DNA of 64,000 bases. It comes from a bacterium. GTDB taxonomy: Bacteria > UBA8248. Where the stretch lies: contig CBDATS010000015.1 of NCBI GenBank assembly GCA_965200245.1, forward strand, positions 64,001-128,000, in the 5' to 3' direction. Below the pieces are notes generated by a model. The model made no database searches. It was not told the DNA's origin and worked only from the letters and a program-made list of their open reading frames with translations. Both the position numbers and the translations under genes were made by a program. Below are positions 40,687 through 51,156 of this stretch, in pieces (positions within the stretch are counted from its first letter, which is position 1; each line of letters starts with the position of its first letter).

Positions 40687-41784
40687 CTAGGGTCTGACGG
40701 CCAGTGTATGATCCGGGTCGGGACGCACGTATACCTTTTCACCCACGCGCAGTCGTTCTCTGGAGTGGGCCAGAACCTTCCACTCGAATGTTCCCCACTT
40801 CACACGGCAATCGAGACAGTTGCCCAGAAATACGGACTGGATCACTTCACCCTCGATCCGCGGACCGTCCATCGGTTCGCGCGAGGCGTCCACATTCTCG
40901 GGTCGAACGGAGAGATAGGCATCGTCGCCCTCCGAGAGGCCGCTGGCGAGCAGACAAGGCAGTTGAACGATCTCGCCTTCCTGGGATATCTCGATGGTTC
41001 CCGATCCCTCGCCGCCGTTGGAAACGATGCGACCCTCGGTCAGGTTCGCCACCCCGATGAAATCGCTCACGAACTTGTTTACGGGCCGCGCGTAGATGGA
41101 ATGGGGGCCGCCGGTTTGCTCGATGCGACCCTTACTCATCACGATGATCTCATCGCTCATCACGAGGGCTTCCGCCTGATCGTGCGTCACATAGATGGAA
41201 GTAATGCCGATTTCGTGCTGAATGCGCTTGAGTTCCACACGCATCTGCTCTCTGAGTTTGAGATCCAGGTTGCTGAGCGGCTCGTCGAAGAGCAGGAGGC
41301 GTGGCCGGAAGACCATCGCGCGCGCAAGCGCCGCTCTTTGCTGCTGGCCGCCCGAGAGCTGCGTGGCGTTTTTGTCTGCCATGTCGGAGAGACCGACGAT
41401 CCTGAGCACCTCGGCGACGCGATCATCGATTTCTGACTGCGCGACGTCACGAATTTCGAGCGGATAGGCCACGTTCTGGGTTACGTTCATGTGTGGCCAG
41501 ATGGCGTAACTCTGGAACACCATGCCGATGTTGCGCTTCTCGGGTGCGAGGTTGACGCGTTTTTGTATCGAGGTGACAGGGTCTGCCCCGATGCGTATCT
41601 CGCCTGCGTCGGGTTTGTGGAGGCCCGCGATGCACATGAGCGTCGTGGTCTTCCCGCAGCCCGAGGGGCCCAGCAGGGTGAGAAATTTTCCCTCCTCGAT
41701 GCCAAAGGAAATGCCGTCCACGGCGCGGTCGTCGCCGAAGTATTTGACGAGGTGATCTACCTGGAGATAGTTGTTTTCGCTCAT
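40687..41784 (-). CDS. ABC ATPase (FbpC/PotA-like), second paralog
   Basis: GPSGCGKTT, LSGGQQQR, LFDEPLSNLD. Confidence 0.93.
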   Translation of the reverse strand: MSENNYLQVDHLVKYFGDDRAVDGISFGIEEGKFLTLLGPSGCGKTTTLMCIAGLHKPDAGEIRIGADPVTSIQKRVNLAPEKRNIGMVFQSYAIWPHMNVTQNVAYPLEIRDVAQSEIDDRVAEVLRIVGLSDMADKNATQLSGGQQQRAALARAMVFRPRLLLFDEPLSNLDLKLREQMRVELKRIQHEIGITSIYVTHDQAEALVMSDEIIVMSKGRIEQTGGPHSIYARPVNKFVSDFIGVANLTEGRIVSNGGEGSGTIEISQEGEIVQLPCLLASGLSEGDDAYLSVRPENVDASREPMDGPRIEGEVIQSVFLGNCLDCRVKWGTFEWKVLAHSRERLRVGEKVYVRPDPDHTLAVRP

Positions 41785-41788
41785 TGTC

Positions 41789-43537
41789 TTACGCGGTCAG
41801 TGCCTCTTTGCCGGCGACTTTCCTGAAGATGACGACGCAGATCAGGAGCGCGACGGTCTGTGCGATGGAAAGGGCAGACGTCATGGGTTCGTTTTCGAAG
41901 TTCGAAAGATAGTACACGCCGACGGAGAGCGTCTCCGTGCCGGCGGAGTAGAGTATGATGGAGATGGAAAGTTCCCTGAGGAATATGACAAACAGGAGAA
42001 TCCATCCGGCGAAGATGCCCGGCTTGAGCAGCGGGATGGTGATTCTCCTGAGCGTGGTGAGCCACGTAGCGCCCGCCATGCGCGAACTCTGGTCGAGTTC
42101 TTCCGATACGGCCATCATAATAGAGGATATGTTTCGTTGCCCGTACGGGAAAAAGCGCGTGATGTAGCCGAGCAGGAGAATCCACAGCGTGGCGTAGATG
42201 GGTGTTTTGATGTAGGTGACGAGAACGCCCATTGCCAGCACGATGCCGGGGAAGCCGATGGGAATGACGCTCAGGAAGTCAAGCACCCGCGCGCCATAGC
42301 CCTTGGTGCGGTGGATCATGTAGCTCACGATGATGGCCACCACCATGGCGATGGAAGCGCCGCCGAACGCGAGGATGAAGCTGTTGATGATGCCGTTGGT
42401 GGCTGCCTGGATGCTCTCGGGCCACCAGAAAAAGAGCACCTTCTGGTAGTTCCAGAACGTGAGTTCCGACCAGATGATTCTTCCCGACCAGATTTTGTGC
42501 AGGCTCACGAAGAAAAGGCAGATAGTCGGGAAAATCACGGCCACGCTCACGTAGAACATGTTGTAGGCAAAAGCGAGCCACTTCCATCCGCCCAGGTCGA
42601 TGAGATTCGGCCGGAAACCTTTGCCGGTCACCGTCGTATAAGAGCGCGGTGCAATGATTCTGTGCTGAATCCAGATAAAGAACGCCGTCACCACGCCCAC
42701 CACCATGCTCATGGCGGCGCCGAGGTAGTGGTTCGCGTCGTCTCCCACTGCTTTCGTGAATATCTGCGTGGTCAGCGTCTCCCACCCGAAGGGGGCAGAA
42801 AGCTTGAAAGGAACGCCGAACTCGCCCGCCGTCGTCACGAACACGATGATGGCGCCAGAGAGGATCGCGGGCGTCACGAGGGGCAGGGTGATAGTCATGG
42901 TTGTGCGGAACAGGCCCGCTCCCGTCGTCCGCGCGCTGTCCTCCAGAGAGGGGTCCATGCGTCTGAGCGAGCCGACCACGAACAGGTACACGAGCGGGGC
43001 GAAGAAGATGCCCGTCACCCAGATGACGCCCCACAGGTTGTTCACGTTGAACAGCGGAAAGGAGATGCCGAAAATGCTTTTCGCCATGTTGTTCAGCAGA
43101 CCCACTTTCGGGGAAGCCAGGTTGTGCCAGGCGATGGCGCCCACGAAAGGACTCAGGAAGAAGGGGATGAGGTTGAATGGTTCGAGTTGTTCCCTGAACG
43201 GGCAGTTGGTTCTCGCGTTGATCCATGCGAGCGATACGCCCAGGAATGTGGCTAGGATGGTGCAGCCCGTGCTGATGATGGCGGTGTTGACGAGAGCTTT
43301 CCGGATCACCCGGCCCTGGAAAACTTCCCTGTAGTTCTGGAGTCCCCACTCGGTGTCGAACCCCAGGTCGTCGAGCACCAGAAAACTGTTGATGACCAGC
43401 GCGACAAGCGGCACGACCACCGCCACCGCCACGATGAGACCGACGACGGTCGTGATGAGGTTTTCCTGTGTGAACCAGGTGCGCCAGCCGCTTGGGGGAG
43501 CGACGTCGATTTGGTGTGTTGCGGTGTCCGTAGCCAT
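41789..43537 (-). CDS. FbpB-like fused ABC permease
   Basis: Two EAA-type loops (SLEDSARTTGA, ELDQSSRMAGA); start at ATG 43537. Confidence 0.92.
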   Translation of the reverse strand: MATDTATHQIDVAPPSGWRTWFTQENLITTVVGLIVAVAVVVPLVALVINSFLVLDDLGFDTEWGLQNYREVFQGRVIRKALVNTAIISTGCTILATFLGVSLAWINARTNCPFREQLEPFNLIPFFLSPFVGAIAWHNLASPKVGLLNNMAKSIFGISFPLFNVNNLWGVIWVTGIFFAPLVYLFVVGSLRRMDPSLEDSARTTGAGLFRTTMTITLPLVTPAILSGAIIVFVTTAGEFGVPFKLSAPFGWETLTTQIFTKAVGDDANHYLGAAMSMVVGVVTAFFIWIQHRIIAPRSYTTVTGKGFRPNLIDLGGWKWLAFAYNMFYVSVAVIFPTICLFFVSLHKIWSGRIIWSELTFWNYQKVLFFWWPESIQAATNGIINSFILAFGGASIAMVVAIIVSYMIHRTKGYGARVLDFLSVIPIGFPGIVLAMGVLVTYIKTPIYATLWILLLGYITRFFPYGQRNISSIMMAVSEELDQSSRMAGATWLTTLRRITIPLLKPGIFAGWILLFVIFLRELSISIILYSAGTETLSVGVYYLSNFENEPMTSALSIAQTVALLICVVIFRKVAGKEALTA

Positions 43538-43791
43538 AATATTGTTGATGCAGCCTTTCCTGCGAACGCAAGTCTTCTCGGGATACGAAGTATCAAATAT
43601 AAAGAACGCCGTTACCAAAAGCAACACACCCCGCAAGTCGTCACGCCGATTCGCGGAGATAGTTCAGTCTATGCAAAACACAGCGCTCGCTACATCGCCT
43701 GGGTTGCGTGTCACCTGTGCCAGAATGGTGCCCTCTTGCGGAATCTTCGCGGCATGGCTCGCCGGCGGTTTTTCCCGTTTCTATTTCTAAA

Positions 43792-43829
43792 GGAAGGGCG
43801 GGAGCCCATCTTGGAACTCCCGCCCTTCC
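43792..43829 (-). terminator. Stem-loop downstream of the binding-protein gene
   Basis: 13-bp perfect stem GGAAGGGCGGGAG / CTCCCGCCCTTCC. Confidence 0.7.
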
Positions 43830-43851
43830 GATCAGCTATCGAAAATGCGTC

Positions 43852-44958
43852 CTACTTGAAGCGCTTGATGAATTCGCCGCGCGTCGCCTTGAACTTTTTC
43901 TGTGCGCCGACCCAGTCCTTGAGACCCAGCAGTTTATGCTTGCTCAGGTCGAGGAGGTAGGGTTGCACGGCCTTGGGAGGCTGGTAGCCGGCGCGGAAAC
44001 TGTAGACGGCCTCGCCTTCCACGTACACGTCGGTGCCTGCCTTGGTGAGAAGGAATTCAACCAGCAGTTTGCCGGCGTTGGGATTTGGTGCGCCATTCAG
44101 AACGGCGGCCTGGTTGCCCAGCATGACCTGCCCTTCCTTGTAGTAGCCGATCCTGATGATCTTCGAGAGGTCGGGTTTCTTGATGACGTTCTGCCAGACA
44201 CGGCCGGAAATGTTCCAGGGGTCGAGGCCACGCTCGCAGTTGATGAGCGCCTGCATCTTGGGCTCGGTGCGGAACATGACGACGGGCTTCGTGGCCTTAA
44301 GAGCGTCCCAGTACTTGTTCATGTCCATGCCATTCTCGATGAGCGAGATGACGGTATTGGTGTAGGTGAAGCTCTTGGTGATGTCGCCGGCAATGGTTTT
44401 GCCCATGACGTTCTTCGCGATGGTGTCGGCGTACGACGTGACGTTGATGTCCTTCATGCCCGGGCAGGCGCTGTTCCATACGGGCTGGAATGTGTAGGCC
44501 AGGGGCGTCACGACGTAGGGGTAGTTCGCGTACTGACCGGCTTTCTTGATCACCGCCGCGAAATGCTTGTTCCATTCGGCGCTGTCGAGCTTGTGGTACG
44601 CGCCGCGTTTCTGGGCCGCTGCAAAGAAGCCGGGCGCGCTCACCACGTGAACATCGACGGTGAACTTCTTGGCTCGCATCTCCTGGCGAACCTGTGAGAC
44701 GGTAGCGCCGGTGCCTTTACGCAGGTTGCGGAACTTGAAGCCGTCGCCGAGGCCGTAGTGTTTGGCGAAGGCCGGGCCCATTCGCTTGGCCGTGCGGTCG
44801 CTGAACAGAGGGTTGATGATTGTGACTGCGCCCTCTTTTTTCGCCGCGCGAACGAGTTCTTTCTGGTTTTTCATCATCGCTTCGGATACGGTTGCACCCG
44901 ATGCGAAGATGGCCAGAGCCGCGACGGCGGCGACGAAGTAACGGATACGGGGTTTCAT
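43852..44958 (-). CDS. Extracellular solute-binding protein (FbpA/AfuA-like)
   Basis: Signal peptide, AAKKEGAV, APNPNAGKLLVEFLLT; AGGAG RBS before ATG 44958. Confidence 0.88.
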   Translation of the reverse strand: MKPRIRYFVAAVAALAIFASGATVSEAMMKNQKELVRAAKKEGAVTIINPLFSDRTAKRMGPAFAKHYGLGDGFKFRNLRKGTGATVSQVRQEMRAKKFTVDVHVVSAPGFFAAAQKRGAYHKLDSAEWNKHFAAVIKKAGQYANYPYVVTPLAYTFQPVWNSACPGMKDINVTSYADTIAKNVMGKTIAGDITKSFTYTNTVISLIENGMDMNKYWDALKATKPVVMFRTEPKMQALINCERGLDPWNISGRVWQNVIKKPDLSKIIRIGYYKEGQVMLGNQAAVLNGAPNPNAGKLLVEFLLTKAGTDVYVEGEAVYSFRAGYQPPKAVQPYLLDLSKHKLLGLKDWVGAQKKFKATRGEFIKRFK

Positions 44959-45318
44959 CGAGAATCTCCTCAAATGCTTGAATGGAATGGGGGCCATGCC
45001 CCCGGTTGAATAAGTTGCTCATACATTTTTCACGATGGAATCCGGACAGAACGAGAAAACACCGGGCATCAGGCTTGTTTTCTTTACTGTCTGCGAATTT
45101 TTGTGGTAGTGAAGATAACAGATTTTTCGTATCTGTCAATGTTGCTTTTGGGGCCGTGACAATCTAGACCGGGGATTTTGCGAAGCTTCGATAGGGACGC
45201 AGGGCAGGAGGCGTCTTTCTCGCAGATGACAAGCGAATGATGACTTCTGCAGTTCATCGAGTTGACGACCCTGAGAATTCCTTTTTGCGCCAGATGAAAT
45301 TCCAGACGAGGATGTTTC

Positions 45319-46149
45319 TTGAACGTGAAATCGACCGGTTTTCCCCTCATCCAGAGCCACCGACTGAAAGCTCCACACGGTTCGTTCATGGATCACGTAG
45401 AGGTGATTCTGATCGGGGATGGGCCTTATGTTCTCTTCGATACAGGCTACCGCGAGTGCATTCCCGAGATGCTCTCCTGGGTGGGCTCGCGCGCCGGGAA
45501 TGAACTGGACAAGATCGTCCTGACCCATCACCACTTCGATCACTCGGGCGGTGCGAAGGCGGCCTGCGAGCGATTCGGCGTTCCGGTCTATCTCCACCCT
45601 TTGGAGATGGGTTATTTGGGGGAAGAGCATCCAGACCTTGCGGTCTTGCCAATCAGGGAAGGGGAGTTCATCGAACTGGGAGAGATGCGTTTTGAAGTCA
45701 TTCTCACACCGGGTCATTCGCCCGGGCATCTTTCCTTCTGGTGGGCCGAGGAAAGGATTTTGCTGGGAGGCGACAACATTCTTCTCCCTTCGACGACGGC
45801 GGTGGTGGCTCCCAAGGGGAATCTGGGCGATTACCTGGAATCACTCGAACAGGTGAAGAAGTTGGCACCCCGTCTGATCTATCCTGGCCATGGGCCGGTG
45901 GTCGAAGATCCGATCAAGAGAATCGACGAACTCATCGAACACCGAAAAATGCGCGATGCACAGTATCTCGAAGCCTTGGGCAAAGGGTATGATACGCCGG
46001 TCAGGATAGCGAACCTCATCTATCAGGATTTGTCCAAGCGGCATAGAGACCTGGGTGCTCGTGTGATAGAGCTGCATTTGGAGAGGTTCGTGGAATCAGG
46101 AGAAGTCGCGTGTGCCGGTGGGCGCTATTCTCTATCGGGGTCACTTTAG
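45319..46149 (+). CDS. Metallo-beta-lactamase fold hydrolase (LACTB2-like)
   Basis: THHHFDHSGG, TPGHSPGH, GGD, PGHG. Confidence 0.9.
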   Translation: MNVKSTGFPLIQSHRLKAPHGSFMDHVEVILIGDGPYVLFDTGYRECIPEMLSWVGSRAGNELDKIVLTHHHFDHSGGAKAACERFGVPVYLHPLEMGYLGEEHPDLAVLPIREGEFIELGEMRFEVILTPGHSPGHLSFWWAEERILLGGDNILLPSTTAVVAPKGNLGDYLESLEQVKKLAPRLIYPGHGPVVEDPIKRIDELIEHRKMRDAQYLEALGKGYDTPVRIANLIYQDLSKRHRDLGARVIELHLERFVESGEVACAGGRYSLSGSL

Positions 46150-46162
46150 GGAGTTTGGACTT

Positions 46163-46972
46163 TTGCTCACCAATTGCCATACTTTGGTTTTGAGGGAATT
46201 GCTGGAGCGGCACCCAGAGGTGCCCCATCCCGGAAATGATGCCTATATCTATAATGTAGCACCCGATTCCCTACCTCTCTCCGGGGAATTCAAACCCAGA
46301 GATACCCACCGCTTTGCTCCTCCGGAAGGCGTGATGGAACAATTCCCGAAGCTCTTGTGGGTGAAATGTCACCTGGTCGTCGACAACATCTGCCACTACG
46401 GAAACATCGCCAAGGTGGCAAGAGGGCTGACTCCTTCTCAAAAACAGGGCTACACCTACCGCAAGGGAGCCACGCTGATCCCCCTGATGCTCGAGTTTAC
46501 GCAAATGATGGGTGTGCCTACCGATGATGCGACGCTTCACTACCTTGCGCACGTGCTGGTCGAAATCGCGGTGGATTACGCTATCTATCTCGATGACAAA
46601 ACCGTGGGGGAACAACTCCGGGACGCCCAGGACGCGATGACTGTCGCGCAGGAGCGTGAATATGCTGAGGGCCTGGGTGCTTTATACGGCTGCGAGCCCG
46701 AGAAAGTGGCGCGGGCTCGCGGCGCACCCCGCAGGTTTTATGGAGATATGCACGATGTCGACCAACTCTTTGTGGGCGGACGGACGAAAATTGTTCTCCG
46801 AAAACTCAGACTGCCCTTCAGCGAGGAAAACACGGAGAAGACGTGTCGACTCATCGAAGAGGGGGCGCGGATGACGGACGATTATATGGATTTTATTGAC
46901 GAATCTGTGGAAGCGCTCTCTGATTGGGAGGTATGGGCAGGAGAGAGCGCCATTGAAGGCGAGACCAACTGA
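46163..46972 (+). CDS. Hypothetical protein, Zn-dependent phospholipase C-like helical fold
   Basis: N-terminal H, PD, TH, CHLVVDNICH, HVLVEIAVD pattern; probable TTG start after GGAG. Confidence 0.55.
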   Translation: MLTNCHTLVLRELLERHPEVPHPGNDAYIYNVAPDSLPLSGEFKPRDTHRFAPPEGVMEQFPKLLWVKCHLVVDNICHYGNIAKVARGLTPSQKQGYTYRKGATLIPLMLEFTQMMGVPTDDATLHYLAHVLVEIAVDYAIYLDDKTVGEQLRDAQDAMTVAQEREYAEGLGALYGCEPEKVARARGAPRRFYGDMHDVDQLFVGGRTKIVLRKLRLPFSEENTEKTCRLIEEGARMTDDYMDFIDESVEALSDWEVWAGESAIEGETN

Positions 46973-47109
46973 GCAGTAGTGCTGACACACTACTACACAC
47001 ACCCAACCCCTGAAGGTAATTCCCGCACTTTTCAGCGCAGGATTACCCCTTGGGTTTCAAGGTTTATGTCTCGTTGGGCCGGATGTTCCGGCTGCCGGCA
47101 TTGCGTGTT

Positions 47110-47382
47110 CTAGTTTACGGAGGCTTTCAGGCCGGCTCCCGCCTTGAACTTCGGCACGGTGGTGGCCGCCACCATAATCTCCTCGCCCGTTTTCGGGTTG
47201 CGAGCCTTGCGGGCTGCGCGTTGGGAGACGCTGAAGGTTCCGAAGCCCGTGAGCGTGACCTTGTCCCCGTTCTGGAGTGCTGAGGTCACGGCGTCAGCGA
47301 ATGCGTCGACTACGCCCTGGGCGTTCGATTTGCTCATGTTCGCCTGAGTGGCGATGGCTTCAGCGAGTTCGCCTTTGTTCAT
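47110..47382 (-). CDS. hup: DNA-binding protein HU
   Basis: MNKGEL..AIA, VTLTGFGTF, RAARKARNPKTGE, PKFKAG. Confidence 0.97.
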   Translation of the reverse strand: MNKGELAEAIATQANMSKSNAQGVVDAFADAVTSALQNGDKVTLTGFGTFSVSQRAARKARNPKTGEEIMVAATTVPKFKAGAGLKASVN

Positions 47383-47601
47383 GTTGGTCCTCTCCTTTTT
47401 CGCCCTGAGCGGCGCGCGGGCGATACGTGAGCGCTCATGTCTTGGGTAGCGGTAAGACCGCTTGCAATGAAAAAACCTGAAAATACGGTTGGGCGAAGGT
47501 GATACAAGGGCGGGAAATCACTTTGCTACAAGTAATTATAGCTATCGACGGAGTTTCATGCAAGCCCCGAACGCCTGCCCGCCAATGGCTAGCGAGAAGG
47601 G

Positions 47602-48846
47602 TCAAGGAGTCGGGAATGCCCAAATCGCGTCGTTTCCGACCATCTGATCGTATGAGAAGAGCGCAATGCCATCCGCCCCGGCCTCTCTTGCGGCGCGCCA
47701 TTCGCGCCATATGCCCGCCGGGTGCGCGGTAAACAGATATGCCCCCAGGCCGATGACGATCTCGGGTGTGCGCGCATTCGGGGTCGTCACCCGTTTGGCG
47801 GCGAGTGCGCTTCGACTGATTTGAGAGGCCAGGCGTTCATCCCTGGAATAGTTCATTACCACGGCCTTATCCAGAAACCCGCTCTCCAGCCAACCACGCC
47901 AGTCCTGAAACGCCGAGAGGTAAGCCCGCTCGGCCCAGGGCAGAACTGCAGCAGAAACAATTATTTTCCGCCTTAAACCTTTCGTCGTTTCATAAACGCC
48001 GCGAACCGCTGACGTAACTTGTGCGCGCCGCCAGTCGTCCCACGCCGCCGCATCCACACGCTTCACCTTTGCGCCTGCGCGCGGAGCGGTTTTTCGGGTC
48101 TTTCGCTCGAAACGGACGACAGACGCCTCGTTGTAGCCGAAATCAAGACGCGGAGAAAAAGACGAACCAGGCGATATGGGCAGTGCATAGGGGTAGCGAA
48201 TGAAATCGAGATGGATCCCCGCAAGGCGCGGGTAGTGCCGCACCAGATGTGCAGAGACGTCGATGATACGTTGGCGCACCCGAGGATTGCCCGGATCCAG
48301 AAAAATGCCCGGTGTTCCCATCCCGAAGTTTTTCGCCCATGCGGGTTTTCCCGAGCGGGGGTATTCGAGGAGTGAACGCCTGTATTGATCCCGGAGTACT
48401 GCTTCTTTCCCCATTTCCCGGATGATGGGCGCATTCCTGTTTCTTGCCAGCGAGAATGCGTTGATCCATGCATGGATCCGGATAGTGCAGTTGTATTTGT
48501 CCCTGCGGGAAGCGAGTTCGAGCAGGAACGCAAGCGGGTCTTGCCCGGTGCGCTTCGAGGGGGAATCATCGGCCAGCTTCGTTGGGAACCACGCGCGGCC
48601 CGAGCGGTAAACCTGAGCGTATATGTCCGTTACACCTGTTGCGCACGCGCGTTTCACCAGTGCCATGATTTTCCCGGCGCTGTCCAGGGTTTTGTTTGCG
48701 CCCTCCGCCTGCACCCAAAGGCCGATTTCGAAGGATTTGGGTGCCAGGAAGCGCTCAAGAAAATCCTTGTGAAGGGCAGCACACCCCGAAAACAGGAACG
48801 CGGCGAGCAAGAGCCAAGGCGCACCTGCGGGCGAAAGTCGCTTCAT
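47602..48846 (-). CDS. GHL10/UPF0748 glycosyl hydrolase-like lipoprotein
   Basis: FSGC lipobox, IHAWIN, FLDPGNP, GIHLDFIRYP, QDWRGWL. Confidence 0.85.
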   Translation of the reverse strand: MKRLSPAGAPWLLLAAFLFSGCAALHKDFLERFLAPKSFEIGLWVQAEGANKTLDSAGKIMALVKRACATGVTDIYAQVYRSGRAWFPTKLADDSPSKRTGQDPLAFLLELASRRDKYNCTIRIHAWINAFSLARNRNAPIIREMGKEAVLRDQYRRSLLEYPRSGKPAWAKNFGMGTPGIFLDPGNPRVRQRIIDVSAHLVRHYPRLAGIHLDFIRYPYALPISPGSSFSPRLDFGYNEASVVRFERKTRKTAPRAGAKVKRVDAAAWDDWRRAQVTSAVRGVYETTKGLRRKIIVSAAVLPWAERAYLSAFQDWRGWLESGFLDKAVVMNYSRDERLASQISRSALAAKRVTTPNARTPEIVIGLGAYLFTAHPAGIWREWRAAREAGADGIALFSYDQMVGNDAIWAFPTP

Positions 48847-48988
48847 CCAGCGAATCCGTGGGCGGGTGTGGCCGGCGATATGCCGCTGCTTGACCCCGGG
48901 CGGAGGTCGATGCGCATAAACTACACGTTGTGCCGTGGGACGGTCAACGCAAGGCACCAGGATAATGGGGTAGAACGCTCCTGCCGCG

Positions 48989-49552
48989 TTAATCAGCGCA
49001 CAGTGCGCTTCTCACCATCAAGGCGGCCTTGGCCAGGGTCTTCTCGCCCGCCTCTCCCATGGACTCGCCCGTAATTTCCAGGTGTGCCTCGATGATGTCT
49101 CGATCGGAAATACCTCCGGCCAGTTCTTCCCAGGCAGCCAGCGCCGCACCGAGATGTGCTGCCCGGGGCGATGCGGCGCGCTCCGAGGCGATGGTGTCCA
49201 AGTCCACCGAGGCAATGCGGATATCGCTGCACTGCGTGGCGCTTTGCGTGTTCAGGACGAGGATGCTTTCCGGGCCTTTCAGGGCGTTTCCCATCGGAGG
49301 TACGACGGCGAGGAGGGGGTCGCAGACAATTTCCAGGTCATAGTCCGCCGGTATGGCGAGATCCGGGAGTTGGGTTCTTGAAATTTTCACCACCGCCCTG
49401 TCCGGTGAGCCAGGTGGGGAGGGGAAACCCGGCGTACGCACCTGCGCGGAGAACGCCGCAAGGTTCGCCGCGCCTGCGAAGATGCGTGCGGTGCTCAGAA
49501 AAAGGCCCTCTCCGCCGATTTCGCGTCTTCCATGAAAACAAATCGCGCGCAT
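48989..49552 (-). CDS. 2-oxoacid:ferredoxin oxidoreductase gamma-subunit-like protein (divergent)
   Basis: I.FHGR...GG.G, LK...ILVLNT, SVDLDTIA, AAHLGA. Confidence 0.55.
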   Translation of the reverse strand: MRAICFHGRREIGGEGLFLSTARIFAGAANLAAFSAQVRTPGFPSPPGSPDRAVVKISRTQLPDLAIPADYDLEIVCDPLLAVVPPMGNALKGPESILVLNTQSATQCSDIRIASVDLDTIASERAASPRAAHLGAALAAWEELAGGISDRDIIEAHLEITGESMGEAGEKTLAKAALMVRSALCAD

Positions 49553-49758
49553 GTCGTATTCCCGGTCTTTGAAAGAATGACAGCGTAAACCCCCGACAGC
49601 TTTAGCAAATGGGGCGCCTCTTTTCCATCTTTCAGGTTGTCAAGTTGACATCGAATACGTGCCCTCGCAATATGGCCCGGAGAATTTCAGGAGTGGCGTG
49701 TCAAGACATGCCCCTAAATTGAGAATCGCCGGAATCTGAAAACACGCAGGAGCGCGCC

Positions 49759-51156
49759 TTGAGCAAGAAGTTCAGGATATTCACCTATGGCTGCCAGATG
49801 AACCGGTACGATACGGAAACCGTCACCGGGTATCTGGAGGCCGAAGGGTATGAGGAGACCGAAGCGAATGAAGAGGCCGACCTCATTCTTCTGAACACCT
49901 GTTCGATCCGCGACAAGGCGGAGCAGAAGGTCTATAGCCAGCTCGGGCGCCTCGACAAGCTCAAGAAGAAAAATCCCGCCCTCAAGATAGGCGTGTGCGG
50001 GTGTTTCGCTACGCGTGACGGGGAAGCTATTGCGAAGCGCGGCAAAACGGTCGACCTTGTCTTCGGCACCCAGAACATTGCCAAGCTGCCGATGCTGCTC
50101 GAACAGATGAAGGAACGTCGGGTGGTTGACACCGCACCGGTAGCGCCCGATTTCACAGAACTCGCCCCGATGGCTCGGGGAGGCGGCCTGAACGCCTTCG
50201 TGAGCATCGCGCGCGGATGCGACAATTTCTGCACATTCTGTGTCGTGCCCTACACGCGCGGACCCGAGTGGAGCAAGCCGAGCGAACTCATCGTGGAAGA
50301 GGTCGAGCGGACGGTGGAAGAGGGTTTCCGGGAGGTCACTCTCCTCGGTCAGAACGTGAACTCCTACGGCCGGAAGTCGCCGGGTGAACTCACCTTCGGC
50401 GGGCTGCTCAGGCGCCTGAACGAGGTGGCAGGTCTCGAACGCATCCGCTTCATCACGTCGCACCCCAAGGATTGTGACGAGGACATGATCGACGCCATGG
50501 AGGAATCCTCCAGGGTATGCGAGCACCTCCACCTCCCGGTACAGTCGGGAGCGGACGCGGTACTCGCGCGCATGGAGCGGGGCTACACGGCGGATGAATA
50601 TCTCGAAAAGGTTTCCCTGTTCAGGGATCGCGTGAAGAACGGCGTGTTGACCTCGGACGTCATCATCGGTTTTCCCGGTGAGCGGGACGAGGATTTCGAG
50701 GGTACGCTGCATGTCCTGCGAGAAGCGTGCTACGACAACATCTACATGTTCAAATACTCTCCCCGGCCTAGAACGCCCGCGTTCGACATGGAAGATACCC
50801 TGCCCGGAGAGGTGGTTTCCGAGCGCTTCGAGGAGGCCAGCCGGGTGCAGCGCGAGATGACGGAGAAACTGCACGCGGAACTCGTGGGCGGTGTTCAGGA
50901 AGTGATGGTCGAGGGAGTGGTGACACGTGGGCGTGCGCCCGCAGGCTGCGCGGGATGCCCTGATTTTGCGGATGAATCGGATTCGAACTGGTTCGCGGGT
51001 CGCAGTCGGGGCAATCACAGGGTACAATTTCACGCAGAAGGTTTCACGCCCGATGCGGGAGACGTGGTTGAGGTCAGGATCATGCAGGGCGGCATCCACT
51101 CTCTGGCTGGAGTTTCGCCGCCAGGCACCGTGGTGATGGAGGAAGAAAGAGCATGA
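49759..51156 (+). CDS. miaB: tRNA methylthiotransferase MiaB
   Basis: TYGCQMN..D, LNTCSIRDKAE, CDNFCTFC, LLGQNVNSY, HLPVQSG, TRAM domain. Confidence 0.96.
   Translation: MSKKFRIFTYGCQMNRYDTETVTGYLEAEGYEETEANEEADLILLNTCSIRDKAEQKVYSQLGRLDKLKKKNPALKIGVCGCFATRDGEAIAKRGKTVDLVFGTQNIAKLPMLLEQMKERRVVDTAPVAPDFTELAPMARGGGLNAFVSIARGCDNFCTFCVVPYTRGPEWSKPSELIVEEVERTVEEGFREVTLLGQNVNSYGRKSPGELTFGGLLRRLNEVAGLERIRFITSHPKDCDEDMIDAMEESSRVCEHLHLPVQSGADAVLARMERGYTADEYLEKVSLFRDRVKNGVLTSDVIIGFPGERDEDFEGTLHVLREACYDNIYMFKYSPRPRTPAFDMEDTLPGEVVSERFEEASRVQREMTEKLHAELVGGVQEVMVEGVVTRGRAPAGCAGCPDFADESDSNWFAGRSRGNHRVQFHAEGFTPDAGDVVEVRIMQGGIHSLAGVSPPGTVVMEEERA

Noticed and set aside
46975-47075. CA-rich run and imperfect hairpin between convergent genes
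   Set aside because: Too short and irregular for an array or known ncRNA; probably a terminator region
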